Positions 42,957 through 53,758 of a DNA stretch of 64,000 bases are shown piece by piece. Where the stretch lies: positions 704,001-768,000 of the forward strand of contig CAWDXG010000004.1 of NCBI GenBank assembly GCA_963806225.1, given 5' to 3'. Below the pieces are notes generated by a model, which saw only the letters and a program-made list of their open reading frames with translations, made no database searches and was not told the DNA's origin. The first letter of the stretch is position 1; each line of letters starts with the position of its first letter. This stretch comes from an uncultured delta proteobacterium. GTDB lineage: Bacteria > Myxococcota_A > Polyangia > Polyangiales > Polyangiaceae. The translations under genes and the position numbers were made by a program.

Positions 42957-43643
42957 GTGGGCTGGACGCTCGACCACGCGCTTCTGGATCCCGATGGCGC
43001 CAAGCTGGTTGCGCTTCGGCACGGCGAGCTGAAGAAGCTCGAAGCAGCGACCGAGGTGCTGTGCGGTTTGAGGGAGCTCGAGATCATCGCGATTGGCATG
43101 CGCAAGCTGCCGGACGCCGTGGCGCGGCTCCGCGGGCTCACACGCCTCGATGTCTCCGACAACGTGCTGACCGAGCTGCCCGGGTGGCTGGGCGAGCTCG
43201 AGCACCTGCAGGAGCTCAGCGCGGCGTCGAACCGCATCGCCGAGCTGCCCGCTGGGCTCTACGACCTCCACGAGCTCAAGGAGCTGGACCTGGCCGACAA
43301 CGAGCTCGAGACCATCGACGCGAAGCTCGGCCAGCTCGACCAGCTCGAGCACCTGGCGCTGAGCGGGAACCACCTCCGCGCGATTCCGTCCAGCATCGGA
43401 CGGCTCGCGCGCCTCGCGCGGCTGTACGTGAACCAGAACCAGCTCGAAACGCTGCCGCGGCAACTCGGAGAGCTTGGCGCGCTGGAAGAACTGCTGCTCG
43501 CCGACAACCGCCTGACCGCGCTGCCGCGCGAGCTTCTGGGAGTCGGGACGCTCGAGTGGCTCACCCTGCGGGGCAACCCGCTGTCGCCAGGGGAGCGGGA
43601 GCGCATCCGCGAAGCCCTGCCCGAATGCAGCGTAACCGGCTAA
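42957..43643 (+). CDS. Leucine-rich repeat protein
   Basis: Several 23-aa repeats of the form LxxLxLxxNxLxxLPxxLGxL, capped by LRGNPL. Confidence 0.9.
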   Translation: MGWTLDHALLDPDGAKLVALRHGELKKLEAATEVLCGLRELEIIAIGMRKLPDAVARLRGLTRLDVSDNVLTELPGWLGELEHLQELSAASNRIAELPAGLYDLHELKELDLADNELETIDAKLGQLDQLEHLALSGNHLRAIPSSIGRLARLARLYVNQNQLETLPRQLGELGALEELLLADNRLTALPRELLGVGTLEWLTLRGNPLSPGERERIREALPECSVTG

Positions 43644-43794
43644 CGATGCCCCGTGCCTGCGCCCACGCCGCACGCGCCCTTGCGCGACCGCTCCCCGCTC
43701 CTTACATGACGAGGGCGGGGTTGTCGCACAAGCCCGGATCCGGATTCTGGAAGGACGCATGATCCGCCCGAGCATTGGCCGTGCCTGGAGCCAC

Positions 43795-44751
43795 ATGCGT
43801 TCGCTGTGGCCGCGCTGGACTCTGCTGCCGCCGGCGCCTTGGGTGTTGTGGTGCCTCTACCAGTTCTCACGCGGCGTGTTCCGGTGGGACCTGGTCGCGG
43901 CGTTCGTGCTGGCGTTGACGCTCTCCTACACGAACCAGTCGACGAAGCGCCTGCTCATCGGCATCTACCCCGCGTGCCTGGTCGGGGTGCTGTACGACTC
44001 GATGAAGCTGTTCGAAAGCGTCGGCGTCAGCAAGTCGACCGTGCACCTGTGCGACCTCCGCGCCCACGAGCTGGCCTGGTTCGGCTTCGAATCCGGCGGC
44101 GTGCGCATGACGCCCGGGGACTGGCTCCAGCAGCACACAAGCCCCGTGCTCGACGCGATCTCGGCGATCCCCTACGGCACGTTCATCTTCGTGGTGCTCG
44201 GCTACGCGGTGTACCTGTACTTCCGCGACTTCACCGGCCTCCAACGATTCGCCTGGTCGTTCCTGATCCTGAACGTGCTCGGCTTCATCACCTACCACGT
44301 CTACCCCGCGGCCCCGCCCTGGTACTTCCACGGCCACGGCTGCGTCGTCGACCTCGCCACCCACGCCAGCGAAGGGCCGGGCCTGACGCGCGTCGACGCG
44401 ATGCTCGGCTTCGGCTACTTCCACGGAATGTACGGTCGGTCGAGCGACGTGTTCGGGGCGGTCCCGTCGCTTCACTCCGCCTATCCGCTGCTGCTCGTAC
44501 TGGAAGGCTGGCGGCACAATCGCTGGGCTGCCTGGTTCGGCATGCTCGCGTTCGCGGTGACGATGTGGTTCGCAGCCGTGTACCTCGACCACCACTGGGT
44601 CACCGACGTGCTGCTCGGCATCGTCTATTCCGCAGTGACCTACACCGCGACTAGCCTGGTGTTCCGGTATCTGAAGCGGCGCGCCGAGGCCAATCCGCTG
44701 GCCGACCGCACCCTCCCCGTCGCTGCAGGTCCGGGCAACACCGGCACGTGA
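43795..44751 (+). CDS. PAP2-superfamily membrane protein, Aur1/inositol phosphorylceramide synthase-like
   Basis: Multiple TM helices; YPAAPPWY, FGAVPSLH, VYLDHHWVTD motifs; start 43759 or 43795. Confidence 0.8.
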   Translation: MRSLWPRWTLLPPAPWVLWCLYQFSRGVFRWDLVAAFVLALTLSYTNQSTKRLLIGIYPACLVGVLYDSMKLFESVGVSKSTVHLCDLRAHELAWFGFESGGVRMTPGDWLQQHTSPVLDAISAIPYGTFIFVVLGYAVYLYFRDFTGLQRFAWSFLILNVLGFITYHVYPAAPPWYFHGHGCVVDLATHASEGPGLTRVDAMLGFGYFHGMYGRSSDVFGAVPSLHSAYPLLLVLEGWRHNRWAAWFGMLAFAVTMWFAAVYLDHHWVTDVLLGIVYSAVTYTATSLVFRYLKRRAEANPLADRTLPVAAGPGNTGT

Positions 44752-44808
44752 GCGCAGCCCGGATTGCCAGCCCGAACGCGTGCTGTACGATGTGCGCGGA
44801 GGGCAGCC

Positions 44809-45921
44809 ATGAAGACACGCGCAGCGGTGGCGTACGAAGCGGGCAAGCCGCTGGTCATCGAGGAAGTCGAGCTTGAAGGACCCCACGCCGGGGAAGTCCT
44901 GGTCGAGATCAAGGCCACCGGCGTCTGCCACACAGACGAATTCACGCGTTCAGGCGCCGACCCCGAAGGGCTCTTCCCGGCGATCTTCGGGCACGAAGGC
45001 GCCGGGATCGTGCTGGAAGTGGGCGCCGGGGTGACCAGCGTGAAGCCCGGCGACCACGTGATCCCGCTCTACACACCGGAGTGCCGTGGCTGCAAGTCCT
45101 GCCTCAGCCGCAAGACCAACCTGTGCACGGCGATCCGCGCGACGCAGGGCAAGGGTCTGATGCCCGACGGCACGAGCCGTTTTTCAATCGGCAAAACAAG
45201 GCTCCACCACTACATGGGCTGTTCGACGTTCTCGAACCACACGGTGCTCCCGGAGATCGCCGTGGCGAAGGTGCGCGACGACGCGCCGTTCGACAAGATC
45301 TGCTACATCGGCTGCGGCGTCACCACGGGCATCGGCGCGGTCATCTGGACCGCGAAGGTCGAACCCGGAGCCAACGTGGTCGTGTTCGGCCTGGGCGGCA
45401 TCGGGCTCAACGTCGTGCAGGGCGCACGGATGGCCGGCGCGAACCGCATCATCGGCGTGGATATCAATCCCGCACGCGAAGAGCTCGCGCGCCACTTCGG
45501 CATGACGGACTTCGTCAACCCGGACAAGCTCGACGGCGACCTGGTCCCGCAACTGGTGGAGCTGACCGGCGGTGGCGCGGACTACAGCTTCGAATGCGTG
45601 GGCAACGTCGAACTGATGCGCCAGGCGCTGGAGTGCTGCCATCGCGGCTGGGGCGTCAGCGTCATCATCGGCGTCGCGGGCGCCGGGCAGGAGATCTCCA
45701 CACGGCCCTTCCAGCTGGTAACGGGGCGGGTGTGGAAGGGCACGGCGTTCGGCGGCGCACGCGGGCGCACCGACGTACCCCGTATCGTGGACTGGTACAT
45801 GGATGGCAGGATCGACATCGATAGCCTGATCACCCACAAGCTGCCGCTCGAGCAAATCAACGAAGCGTTCGACCTGATGCACAAAGGCGAGTCGATCCGC
45901 ACGGTCGTGGAGTTCCAATGA
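44809..45921 (+). CDS. frmA: S-(hydroxymethyl)glutathione dehydrogenase / class III alcohol dehydrogenase
   Basis: [61 protein letters not shown]. Confidence 0.95.
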   Translation: MKTRAAVAYEAGKPLVIEEVELEGPHAGEVLVEIKATGVCHTDEFTRSGADPEGLFPAIFGHEGAGIVLEVGAGVTSVKPGDHVIPLYTPECRGCKSCLSRKTNLCTAIRATQGKGLMPDGTSRFSIGKTRLHHYMGCSTFSNHTVLPEIAVAKVRDDAPFDKICYIGCGVTTGIGAVIWTAKVEPGANVVVFGLGGIGLNVVQGARMAGANRIIGVDINPAREELARHFGMTDFVNPDKLDGDLVPQLVELTGGGADYSFECVGNVELMRQALECCHRGWGVSVIIGVAGAGQEISTRPFQLVTGRVWKGTAFGGARGRTDVPRIVDWYMDGRIDIDSLITHKLPLEQINEAFDLMHKGESIRTVVEFQ

Positions 45922-47516
45922 CCTCTCCCTACGCGAAGCTCGACATGAAGGCGACCCCGCCGCGGGTGACATTTCCCCGGAGGTACAACGCCGCGGTCGA
46001 TCTGGTGGACCGCCACGTCGACGAGGGACGCGGCGCGCGCCTCGCCTACCGCGACGACCGGACACAGTTGACCTACGCGGAGCTGGCCGAGCGCATCAAC
46101 CGCGCGGGCAACGCGCTCCGGGAGCTGGGCGTACAGATGGAGCAGCGGGTCATGCTGGTGATGCTCGACACCGTCGACTTCCCTGCCCTGTTTCTCGGCG
46201 CGATGAAGATCGGCGCGGTGCCCGTGCCGGTCAATACGCTACTCACCCGAGACGACTACGCGTTCATGCTCGAAGACAGCCGTGCGCGCGTGCTCGTCGT
46301 GAGCGACGCCCTGCTTCCCAAGCTGGAACCGGGCATCGCCAGGTCCCCGTTCCTGGAGCACACTGTCGTGGCGAGCTCTCCGCTCGGCGGCCCCGATCAC
46401 AGCCGCCCGGAGCTCGATGGGGTTCTGGGTCCGGCGGGAAACCAACTGGAGGCGGCACCTACGACGCCGGACGACGTGGCCTTCTGGTTGTACTCGTCCG
46501 GCTCCACCGGCTCGCCCAAGGGCGCGGTCCATCTGCATTCTGACCTGATAGAGACCGCAGCCCTCTACTCGCAGGGCGTGCTCGGCATCCGCGAGGACGA
46601 CGTGGTCTTCTCGGCGGCCAAACTGTTCTTCGCCTACGGCCTCGGCAACGCGCTCACATTTCCGCTCGCCGTCGGCGCGAGCGCCGTGCTGATGGCGGAG
46701 CGGCCCACACCGGCCGCCATCCGGCGCGTGATGCATGACAAGCAGCCGACCCTCTTCTGCGGCGTGCCCACGCTATATGCCTCGATGCTCGCCGATCCGT
46801 CGATCACACGGGAGAGCTGCTCGGAGCGGCTGCGCGTGAGCATCTCCGCAGGCGAAGCTCTGCCACGGCACGTCGGGGAGAAGTGGCGCGAGAGATTCGG
46901 CAGCGACATTCTCGACGGGATCGGGTCGACCGAAATGCTGCACATCTTCCTTTCGAATCGTCCCGGCGACGTGCGCTACGGGACGTCGGGCAAGCCGGTA
47001 CCCGGATACGACGCCAAGCTCATCGGCGACGACGGCGACCTGGTGGCGGACGGCGAAGAGGGGTCCTTGTGGGTGCGGGGGCCGTCCGCCGCGGCGGCCT
47101 ACTGGAACCAGCGCGAGCGGAGCCTTTCGACCTTCCACGGGCCCTGGACCCGCACGGGCGATCGCTACGTGCGCGACGGCGAGGGCTACTACACGTACGC
47201 CGGGCGCGCGGACGACATGATCAAGGCGGGGGGGATCTGGGTCTCGCCGTTCGAAGTCGAATCCGCACTCGGCGAACACGACGCGGTGCTCGAAGCCGCG
47301 GTGGTCGGCCACGCCGACAGCGACGGCCTGGTCAAGCCAAAAGCCTTCGTCGTCCTGACCGATCCGGGGCTGGCATCCGGAGACCTGGTGGCCGAGCTGA
47401 AAGCCTTCGTGAAGGATCGCCTGGCTCCCTACAAGTACCCCCGCTGGATCGAATTCCTGCCCGAGCTGCCGAAGACGGCGACCGGCAAAATCCAGCGCTT
47501 CCGTCTCCGCGACTGA
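45918..47516 (+). CDS. Benzoate-CoA ligase family protein
   Basis: [65 protein letters not shown] overlap with the frmA stop. Confidence 0.9.
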   Translation: MTSPYAKLDMKATPPRVTFPRRYNAAVDLVDRHVDEGRGARLAYRDDRTQLTYAELAERINRAGNALRELGVQMEQRVMLVMLDTVDFPALFLGAMKIGAVPVPVNTLLTRDDYAFMLEDSRARVLVVSDALLPKLEPGIARSPFLEHTVVASSPLGGPDHSRPELDGVLGPAGNQLEAAPTTPDDVAFWLYSSGSTGSPKGAVHLHSDLIETAALYSQGVLGIREDDVVFSAAKLFFAYGLGNALTFPLAVGASAVLMAERPTPAAIRRVMHDKQPTLFCGVPTLYASMLADPSITRESCSERLRVSISAGEALPRHVGEKWRERFGSDILDGIGSTEMLHIFLSNRPGDVRYGTSGKPVPGYDAKLIGDDGDLVADGEEGSLWVRGPSAAAAYWNQRERSLSTFHGPWTRTGDRYVRDGEGYYTYAGRADDMIKAGGIWVSPFEVESALGEHDAVLEAAVVGHADSDGLVKPKAFVVLTDPGLASGDLVAELKAFVKDRLAPYKYPRWIEFLPELPKTATGKIQRFRLRD

Positions 47517-47619
47517 GCGCATCTGGCGCCGGCACAGGCTCTCCCCGACCGGGCCCTACCCTGCCGACGTTTGACGGCGGCCCGAGACGGGGCGAGCATT
47601 GCTATCTCGGCCTTCCGCC

Positions 47620-48621
47620 ATGAGCGTCCAGCAAGTCACGGAACTCAGCGTTGCACAGCTCGGGCCCGGCGACCGCCTGGGCCCATACGAGTTGCTCTGC
47701 GCGGTCGCGCAGGGCGGTATGGCGCGGGTCTGGGCAGCACGCCACCACCCGTCGGGTCAAATCGTCGCGGTCAAGACGATTCGGCCGGAGCTCGCCTCGA
47801 ACGCGATGTACTGCTCGCTTTTCGTGGACGAGGCCCGCTACGCGTCCCAGGTGACCCACCCGAACGTGTGCGAGGTCTACGGGCTGGGCAACGAGCGCGG
47901 GGTGCTGTACATCGCCATGGAGTGGGTGCACGGCGAGAGCCTGGCGAGGCTGCTCAAGCCGAACAAGGGGGACACGCCGCGTCCGCTGCCGCCCCGCATC
48001 GCCGCGCGCCTCGTCGCCGACGCCTGCGAGGCGTTGCACGCCGCCCACGAGCTCAGGGACGAGAACGGGCGCCACATCAAGTTGGTCCACTGCGACGTCT
48101 CCCCGCAGAATCTTCTGCTCACCACGGTCGGCACGTTGAAGCTCGTGGACTTCGGCGTGGCGCAGTCGGCGGCGGAGCAGCAGCGGCGCGAAGGCCCCCA
48201 GTCGCGGCCGAGCGGGAAGGCCGCATACATGGCGCCGGAGCAGGCCACCGGAGCCCGCATCAGCCGCATGAGCGACGTGTTCGTGCTGGGCGTGTGCCTG
48301 TACGAGCTTTCCACCAGCAAGCGTCCCTTCGCGACGGGCTCGTGGGATGCCACGATCGAACGGCTCAAGGAACACGACTTCGCGCACCCGACCGAGGTCA
48401 TTGCCGACTATCCGTCGTTGCTCGAGCGCATCGTGCTCAGGGCGATGGCCCGCGGCTCGGCGTTCCGCTATCCGTCCGCCCAGCGGATGGGCGCGGCGCT
48501 CGAGGATTGGCTCCGGCGATCGGGACCGCCCGTGACGGCCGACGAGCTGACGGCGCTGCTCGAAGAGCGCGCGGGCGACATCGTCCGCGAGCGCGAAGCC
48601 GAGATCGTCGGCCGCCGCTAG
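47620..48621 (+). CDS. Cytoplasmic Ser/Thr protein kinase (non-RD)
   Basis: AQGGMA, VAVK, HCDVSPQN, DFG, GKAAYMAPEQ. Confidence 0.85.
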   Translation: MSVQQVTELSVAQLGPGDRLGPYELLCAVAQGGMARVWAARHHPSGQIVAVKTIRPELASNAMYCSLFVDEARYASQVTHPNVCEVYGLGNERGVLYIAMEWVHGESLARLLKPNKGDTPRPLPPRIAARLVADACEALHAAHELRDENGRHIKLVHCDVSPQNLLLTTVGTLKLVDFGVAQSAAEQQRREGPQSRPSGKAAYMAPEQATGARISRMSDVFVLGVCLYELSTSKRPFATGSWDATIERLKEHDFAHPTEVIADYPSLLERIVLRAMARGSAFRYPSAQRMGAALEDWLRRSGPPVTADELTALLEERAGDIVREREAEIVGRR

Positions 48622-48627
48622 CCCACG

Positions 48628-49356
48628 CTACTTGCGCGCCAGCACTTCGCTGCCAATCCCCTGGGCACCGGCGCCGGCCGCCCTCCCCGACAGGCCGCTC
48701 GCCGCCGTGTGGTAGACGGCCACACCAACGCCACTGCCCCAACCGACAACGAACAAATCGCCGTCGAGAATGCCGACGCCGCTGTAGCTCTCGCCGCTGG
48801 TGAGCGCCCAGTGGACCGTGCGCAGCGCTCCCTTCGGCGTGATTGTCACCTTGCCGTGGTAGGCGCCTCCCGATGCCGGTGAGCTCGACGAGACGATGTT
48901 GTACGTGCCGCTCACGCCCGCCGGACCGCTCAGGCTCTCGGTTCCGAGGCTCGGCGCGCCCTCCATGGCCCACTTGCCGTCCAGCGACCCGCCGGAGACC
49001 TTGTACACGACGACGCCCGGCTTGCTCTTGCCCCAACCCACTCCGAGCAGGTCACCCATCTCGATGCCCACTCCCGAGAAGTTGCTCCCGCCGCTGCTGA
49101 TGGTCCAGGCGAGGACGTCGTGGTCGCCGTGATTGGAGATGTCGACGCTGCCCGCGTATTGCGATCCGTCCGCGTTCCTTCCCGACTGGATGGTGTAGTT
49201 GCCGGTGAAGCTCTGCTGGGCCGCCGGGGCTTTAGCCTTCTCGCCCGACGTGGTGATCGGCGGCGGTGGTGCTCGCTTCTTCTTGCAGGCCAGAAGCGCA
49301 GTCCCCACCACCAGTGCCAGTGCAGCCGCCGTGAGCGGCCCGATCCTGTCAGCCAT
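48628..49356 (-). CDS. Lipoprotein with two homologous small beta-domains, function unknown
   Basis: GAGGAG RBS; lipobox LLA-C; duplicated G-x-Y-x-I...Y-x-G-x-V-x-I...W...SGVGI...VGWG...V-x-V-Y...L-x-G...G-(T/S)-E-x-L. Confidence 0.7.
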   Translation of the reverse strand: MADRIGPLTAAALALVVGTALLACKKKRAPPPPITTSGEKAKAPAAQQSFTGNYTIQSGRNADGSQYAGSVDISNHGDHDVLAWTISSGGSNFSGVGIEMGDLLGVGWGKSKPGVVVYKVSGGSLDGKWAMEGAPSLGTESLSGPAGVSGTYNIVSSSSPASGGAYHGKVTITPKGALRTVHWALTSGESYSGVGILDGDLFVVGWGSGVGVAVYHTAASGLSGRAAGAGAQGIGSEVLARK

Positions 49357-49467
49357 TGCGTCCTCCTCTTCCTCCTACCGGAACCTGCGCGACGGTATCG
49401 CCGTTCGGGAACGCGCTCAAGCGCCGTCGGGCGCGTGGTACGCTCAAGGGCGCGCTGGGTTGGGCAC

Positions 49468-50823
49468 ATGACCTATTCGAAGAAGCAGCAGCTCGCCGAA
49501 CGCCTGCTCGCCGCGTCTGGCAAGTTGCCCACTTCGAGCCTGGGGCGCTTGCGGCGCACCGCCGGCGCCGCACTCCGGAGCGGCCGCCTGGTGCTCGGCT
49601 CCCGCGGACAGCCGGACGCCAACCTCGATGAGGAATCCGTGGCGCGCGTCGTTGACGCGCTCGGTCAGCTCAAGGGCATCGCCATGAAGGCGGGTCAGCT
49701 CATGAGCTACGTCGACATCGAGCTCCCGGAAGAGCTGGGCGAAGCACTGTCGGTGTTGCAGACCCACGCCCAACCCATGAGCCCCGAACGCGTCAGAGCC
49801 TTGCTCCGCGACGAGCTCGGCGGGCGCGCGGACGCGCTGCTCGACCGTCTGCAGCCCGTACCTCTGGCAGCCGCCTCGATTGGCCAGGTGCACCGCGCCA
49901 CGCTGTCCGACGGCACCCGCGTCGCCGTCAAGGTGCAGTATCCCGAGGTGGCCCAGGCGATCCGGGCGGATTTCGGCCCGGCAGCAATTGGCGTGCGCTT
50001 CATCTCGCTCATCTATCCGAACGCGCGTGCGGCCGACTTCCTTCAAGAGGCGCGGTCGCGCTTCCTCGAGGAGTGCGACTATCTGCACGAAGCAGCGTGC
50101 CAGGCCCGGTTCGCCGAGCTCTTCGCCGACCATCCGCGTCTCCGGGTGCCGGCGGTCCACACCGATCTGTGTTCGCAGCGCGTGCTGACCAGCGAGTACA
50201 TCGCCGGAGCGGGCTTCGACGACTTCCTCGATTCGAATCCCTCCCAGCGCGAGCGCAACGAAATCGGCGAAGCGCTGTTCGAATTCTACATCGGCACGCT
50301 CTTCAAGCATGGCCTGTACAACTGCGACCCCCACCCCGGCAACTACCTGTTCCAACCGGATGGGCATGTCGCGATGCTCGACTACGGGTGTTCTCGCGAG
50401 TTCGAGCCCGCCTACGTCGACAAGCTCGCGCGGTTGACCAGCGCGGTGCACAGCGATACGCGCGAGGCGCTGGAAGCGTGCTTCATCGAGCTCGGCATGG
50501 TCCGCGAGGGGCAGACCTACGACTTCGGCACGGCGCGCGATCTAGTCCGCTCCTTCTACGGCCCGATGCTGCAGGACCGGGTACAACGTATCGATCTCGG
50601 CGAGGCGATGAGCATGAGACGGCTAGTGGACAGGAAGCGGGAACTGATGAAGATCGGCGTCCCCGGCGAGTTCCTGTTCCTGTTCCGGATCCGCTTCGGG
50701 CTCATGTCCGTGCTCGCCCGCCTGGGAGCCGAAGCCAACTGGTACCGGCTGGAGCAGAGCTACGCCAGCGAGGATCGGGCGCTCCGTCCCCACGCATTTG
50801 TCCAGCTGGGAAGCAGCCGCTAG
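49468..50823 (+). CDS. ABC1/AarF/UbiB family atypical kinase
   Basis: [44 protein letters not shown]. Confidence 0.9.
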   Translation: MTYSKKQQLAERLLAASGKLPTSSLGRLRRTAGAALRSGRLVLGSRGQPDANLDEESVARVVDALGQLKGIAMKAGQLMSYVDIELPEELGEALSVLQTHAQPMSPERVRALLRDELGGRADALLDRLQPVPLAAASIGQVHRATLSDGTRVAVKVQYPEVAQAIRADFGPAAIGVRFISLIYPNARAADFLQEARSRFLEECDYLHEAACQARFAELFADHPRLRVPAVHTDLCSQRVLTSEYIAGAGFDDFLDSNPSQRERNEIGEALFEFYIGTLFKHGLYNCDPHPGNYLFQPDGHVAMLDYGCSREFEPAYVDKLARLTSAVHSDTREALEACFIELGMVREGQTYDFGTARDLVRSFYGPMLQDRVQRIDLGEAMSMRRLVDRKRELMKIGVPGEFLFLFRIRFGLMSVLARLGAEANWYRLEQSYASEDRALRPHAFVQLGSSR

Positions 50824-50918
50824 TCTGTAGCAAGCGGCGGGCTAGCCCTTCGGACGGGCGGCCGGGATTGCGTCTTCGGCCGGCGTTCGCTGGGTTTGCT
50901 GCTTTGGACAGCAGAAGA

Positions 50919-51992
50919 ATGGAGCGGGCAGGCTGGAGGACGACCGCGAAGCGGGCGGTGGGAACGGCGCTCGCCGTCGCCACGCTCGCGCCAACCGGCT
51001 GCGATCGCGGCGGGAACGCACCACACGAGGCCAGTCCGCGGACGAGTGCAGAACATCGACCGGCTGTCCTCTCGTCGGGCGCCGGACCGGGCAGAAGTCC
51101 GCTGCCGTCCGCCTCGGCCAGCCCCGCACTTGGCGCGCACACGGCGCTGGATGCCGGAACCGCGCTCCCCGGCAACACCCGGGGCTGTCCCGACGGAATG
51201 CTGCGCGTGGAGGGCCAGTACTGCCCGGACGTGCTGGAAGAATGCGCGAAATTCCATCCCGACTACGTCAGGCACCGGGACAACAAGAACATCAGCGCGC
51301 GCTGTCTGGAGTTCCGCGCGTCGCGCTGCTTCTCCGATCGGCTGAAGCACCTGGCCTTCTGTATGGACCGCTACGAGTATCCGGACCAGGCGGGCAAGCT
51401 GCCACGGGTCCTCACGAGTTGGCTCGAAGCGCAGGCGCTCTGCCAACGCGAGGGCAAGCGCTTGTGTACGGAGGACGAATTCAACTTCGCATGCGAGGGG
51501 CCCGAGATGCTCCCCTACGCCACGGGCTACAAGCGCGACGCCAACGCATGCAACATCGACAAGCCCTACATCATGCCGGACCACGAACATCGCATGCTGC
51601 ACTACGACGAGTGCCGGAAGGACGAACGCTGCTCCAAGGAGCTCCGGCGGCTGGACCAACGTCATGCGATCGGGTCGGTCAACACCTGCGTGTCCTGGGC
51701 CGGCGTGATCGACCTGAACGGCAACGTCAACGAATGGGTGACTCGTCCGGGCGAGAAGTCGCCTCGCCGCGGCGGGCTCAAAGGTGGCTGGTGGGGACCA
51801 GTCCGGGACCGCTGCCGCCCGACCGTCATCTTCCACAAGGAATTCGACTACGGCTACGAGGCCGGGTTCCGCTGCTGCAAGGACCTCGCGGGCCAGCAGG
51901 CCGGCAGAGCCACGGAGGCCCGCGCCGGCCGGGGGGGGCCGCATCCGGACGCCGGCGTGCCGACCGCCGCTAGCGCGGCCGGCGGCGGCTGA
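50919..51992 (+). CDS. Formylglycine-generating enzyme (SUMF1/EgtB/PvdO)-family domain lipoprotein, Cys-rich
   Basis: CPDGMLRVEG, FCMDRYEYP, GKRLCTEDEF, DLNGNVNEW, KGGWW, GFRCC. Confidence 0.8.
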   Translation: MERAGWRTTAKRAVGTALAVATLAPTGCDRGGNAPHEASPRTSAEHRPAVLSSGAGPGRSPLPSASASPALGAHTALDAGTALPGNTRGCPDGMLRVEGQYCPDVLEECAKFHPDYVRHRDNKNISARCLEFRASRCFSDRLKHLAFCMDRYEYPDQAGKLPRVLTSWLEAQALCQREGKRLCTEDEFNFACEGPEMLPYATGYKRDANACNIDKPYIMPDHEHRMLHYDECRKDERCSKELRRLDQRHAIGSVNTCVSWAGVIDLNGNVNEWVTRPGEKSPRRGGLKGGWWGPVRDRCRPTVIFHKEFDYGYEAGFRCCKDLAGQQAGRATEARAGRGGPHPDAGVPTAASAAGGG

Positions 51993-53259
51993 ACGGCGGC
52001 GGGAACAGCTCCTGCGTGCTGCCGAGATCGAGCGTCGTCTCGAGGCCCGGCTGCTCTGCCGGTGGCCGGAGCAACAGCGTGGTCTCGTCGAGGCGCAGGC
52101 TCTGGATCTGGCCCAGCTTCCACAGAAACTTCAGCCCGATGATCGGGTTGCCGTGGAACAGCGGATAGAGCGTCGGCTGGTCCAGCGCCAGGAGACGGCA
52201 AGCATCCAGGGCGCGCACCGTGGCCGAGCGCGGCCGATTGGTGAGAAGCGCCATCTCGCCGAAGTGGCTGCCCGCCGACAGCGTGGTCAGCGCCGAGCCA
52301 TTGCGTTCCACCTGCACGCGGCCCGAAGCGATGATGTACAGGCAGTGGCTGGTCTCGCCCTCGCGCAGAATGGTCGCACCCGCTTCGTGTTCCTCGGTGC
52401 GGAGCACGCTGGCCACTTCGAGAAGCTCCGGATAGGTCAGCTCGTTGAAGAGCTCCATCGCGGCAAGCGCGGAGAGATCCTCGTGGACGCGTGACTGCCG
52501 CTCCGACGCCGGCGCTTCGGCGCGCACGACAACGGCGGTGATGTTGTCATCTCCACCCCGCTCGTTGGCCAGGTCAATCAGGCGCTGCGGCAGCTTGTCG
52601 GGCTCGCCATCCAGCAGCTGACCCAACTCGCCGCCGTTCTCGAAGTAGCCATGCAACCCGTCCGAACACAGGAGGTAGGTGTCGCCGGGCAGCACATCGA
52701 ACTCGAGCGTGTCGATGCGGACTCGCGCCAGCGGTCCGATCGCGCGCGTCAGGAGGTTCGAAGGAAACATGTCCGCGGCCTGCTCGGGCGAGAAGCCGTG
52801 CCGCACGGCGTCGGCGATGAAGCTGTGATCGAGCGAGAGCTGGTGCAGCTCGGCCGCCCTACGCACGTAGAGCCGACTGTCTCCGACGTGGCACAACACG
52901 CCGCGCTGGCCACGGATGCACAGCACCGTGCAGGTGGTCCCGGCGCCGTGCGCCCGGGAATCGCGCTTGCCCAGCTCGTGCACGGCGGAGTTGGCCGCCT
53001 CGACTGCGCGGCGCAGCACGTCGGTGACATACGCCGCCCGGGACATGTCCGGAGCCTCGCCGGCGGCTTCGCCGAGCTCGGAGCGGACCACGTGCTCGAT
53101 GGTCTTCACGGCCAGCGCGGAGGCCACCTCGCCCGCCGCGTGCCCGCCCATCCCGTCGCAAACGACGTACAGGCCGAGCGGCTCGTCCACCAGGAAGCGG
53201 TCCTCGTTGTGGTCGCGCTTCTGCCCGACGTCGGAAAGCCCATGCGCCTGAAGCTTCAC
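51970..53259 (-). CDS. PP2C-type Ser/Thr phosphatase fused to a cyclic nucleotide-binding domain
   Basis: [50 protein letters not shown] phosphate-binding cassette. Confidence 0.9.
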   Translation of the reverse strand: MKLQAHGLSDVGQKRDHNEDRFLVDEPLGLYVVCDGMGGHAAGEVASALAVKTIEHVVRSELGEAAGEAPDMSRAAYVTDVLRRAVEAANSAVHELGKRDSRAHGAGTTCTVLCIRGQRGVLCHVGDSRLYVRRAAELHQLSLDHSFIADAVRHGFSPEQAADMFPSNLLTRAIGPLARVRIDTLEFDVLPGDTYLLCSDGLHGYFENGGELGQLLDGEPDKLPQRLIDLANERGGDDNITAVVVRAEAPASERQSRVHEDLSALAAMELFNELTYPELLEVASVLRTEEHEAGATILREGETSHCLYIIASGRVQVERNGSALTTLSAGSHFGEMALLTNRPRSATVRALDACRLLALDQPTLYPLFHGNPIIGLKFLWKLGQIQSLRLDETTLLLRPPAEQPGLETTLDLGSTQELFPPPFSRRRPR

Positions 53260-53369
53260 GCGGGCCACGATAGCCGACCCTGGCGGCCCCAGGCCACCAG
53301 AGTACCCGGTACAGCCCGGGGACCCGCTCATCCGTGGGACAACGTGGCCGGGACCGGTCGCTCGACACC

Positions 53370-53411
53370 TTGCCTCCGCCCGCTTCATCGCATATCGTCG
53401 ATTGACGATGA
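53370..53411 (+). promoter_or_regulatory. Sigma70-type ars promoter overlapped by a palindromic ArsR operator candidate
   Basis: TTGCCT (53370-53375), 17 nt, TATCGT (53393-53398); imperfect palindrome TCATCG-n3-ATCG-n-CGAT-n3-CGATGA (53385-53411). Confidence 0.65.
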
Positions 53412-53743
53412 CAGCTGACGCGGCGTGCATTCCACCTCCAGACAGCGTTCCGGACATGAGACCGGTCGAGGGACCCGAGGCCGATGCGGAGCTGGCCGCG
53501 CTGTGCAAGGCGCTCGGTCATCCGGCGCGGATCCACATCCTGCGCCTGCTGGCACGACGAACTGCCTGCGTTTGCGGCGAGCTGGTCGGCGAGCTCGAAC
53601 TTGCGCAGTCCACGGTGTCCCAGCACCTGAAGGTCATGAAGGAGGTCGGGCTGGTACAGGGCGAGGTCGACGGACCGCGCGTCTGCTACTGCCTCGATCC
53701 CCGGTCGCTGCGCCGGCTCAAGGCCCTGATTGGCAGCCTCTAG
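53408..53743 (+). CDS. arsR: ArsR/SmtB family As(III)-responsive repressor
   Basis: KALGHPARIHIL, ACVCGEL (CVC box), QSTVSQHLK; first gene of the ars operon. Confidence 0.9.
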   Translation: MTADAACIPPPDSVPDMRPVEGPEADAELAALCKALGHPARIHILRLLARRTACVCGELVGELELAQSTVSQHLKVMKEVGLVQGEVDGPRVCYCLDPRSLRRLKALIGSL

Positions 53744-53758
53744 CATCGGAAGTCGACG

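Noticed and set aside
41940..43643. Split Roco protein (LRR plus GTPase)
   Set aside because: The genes are on opposite strands, the GTPase has MglA-type motifs, and no COR domain is present.
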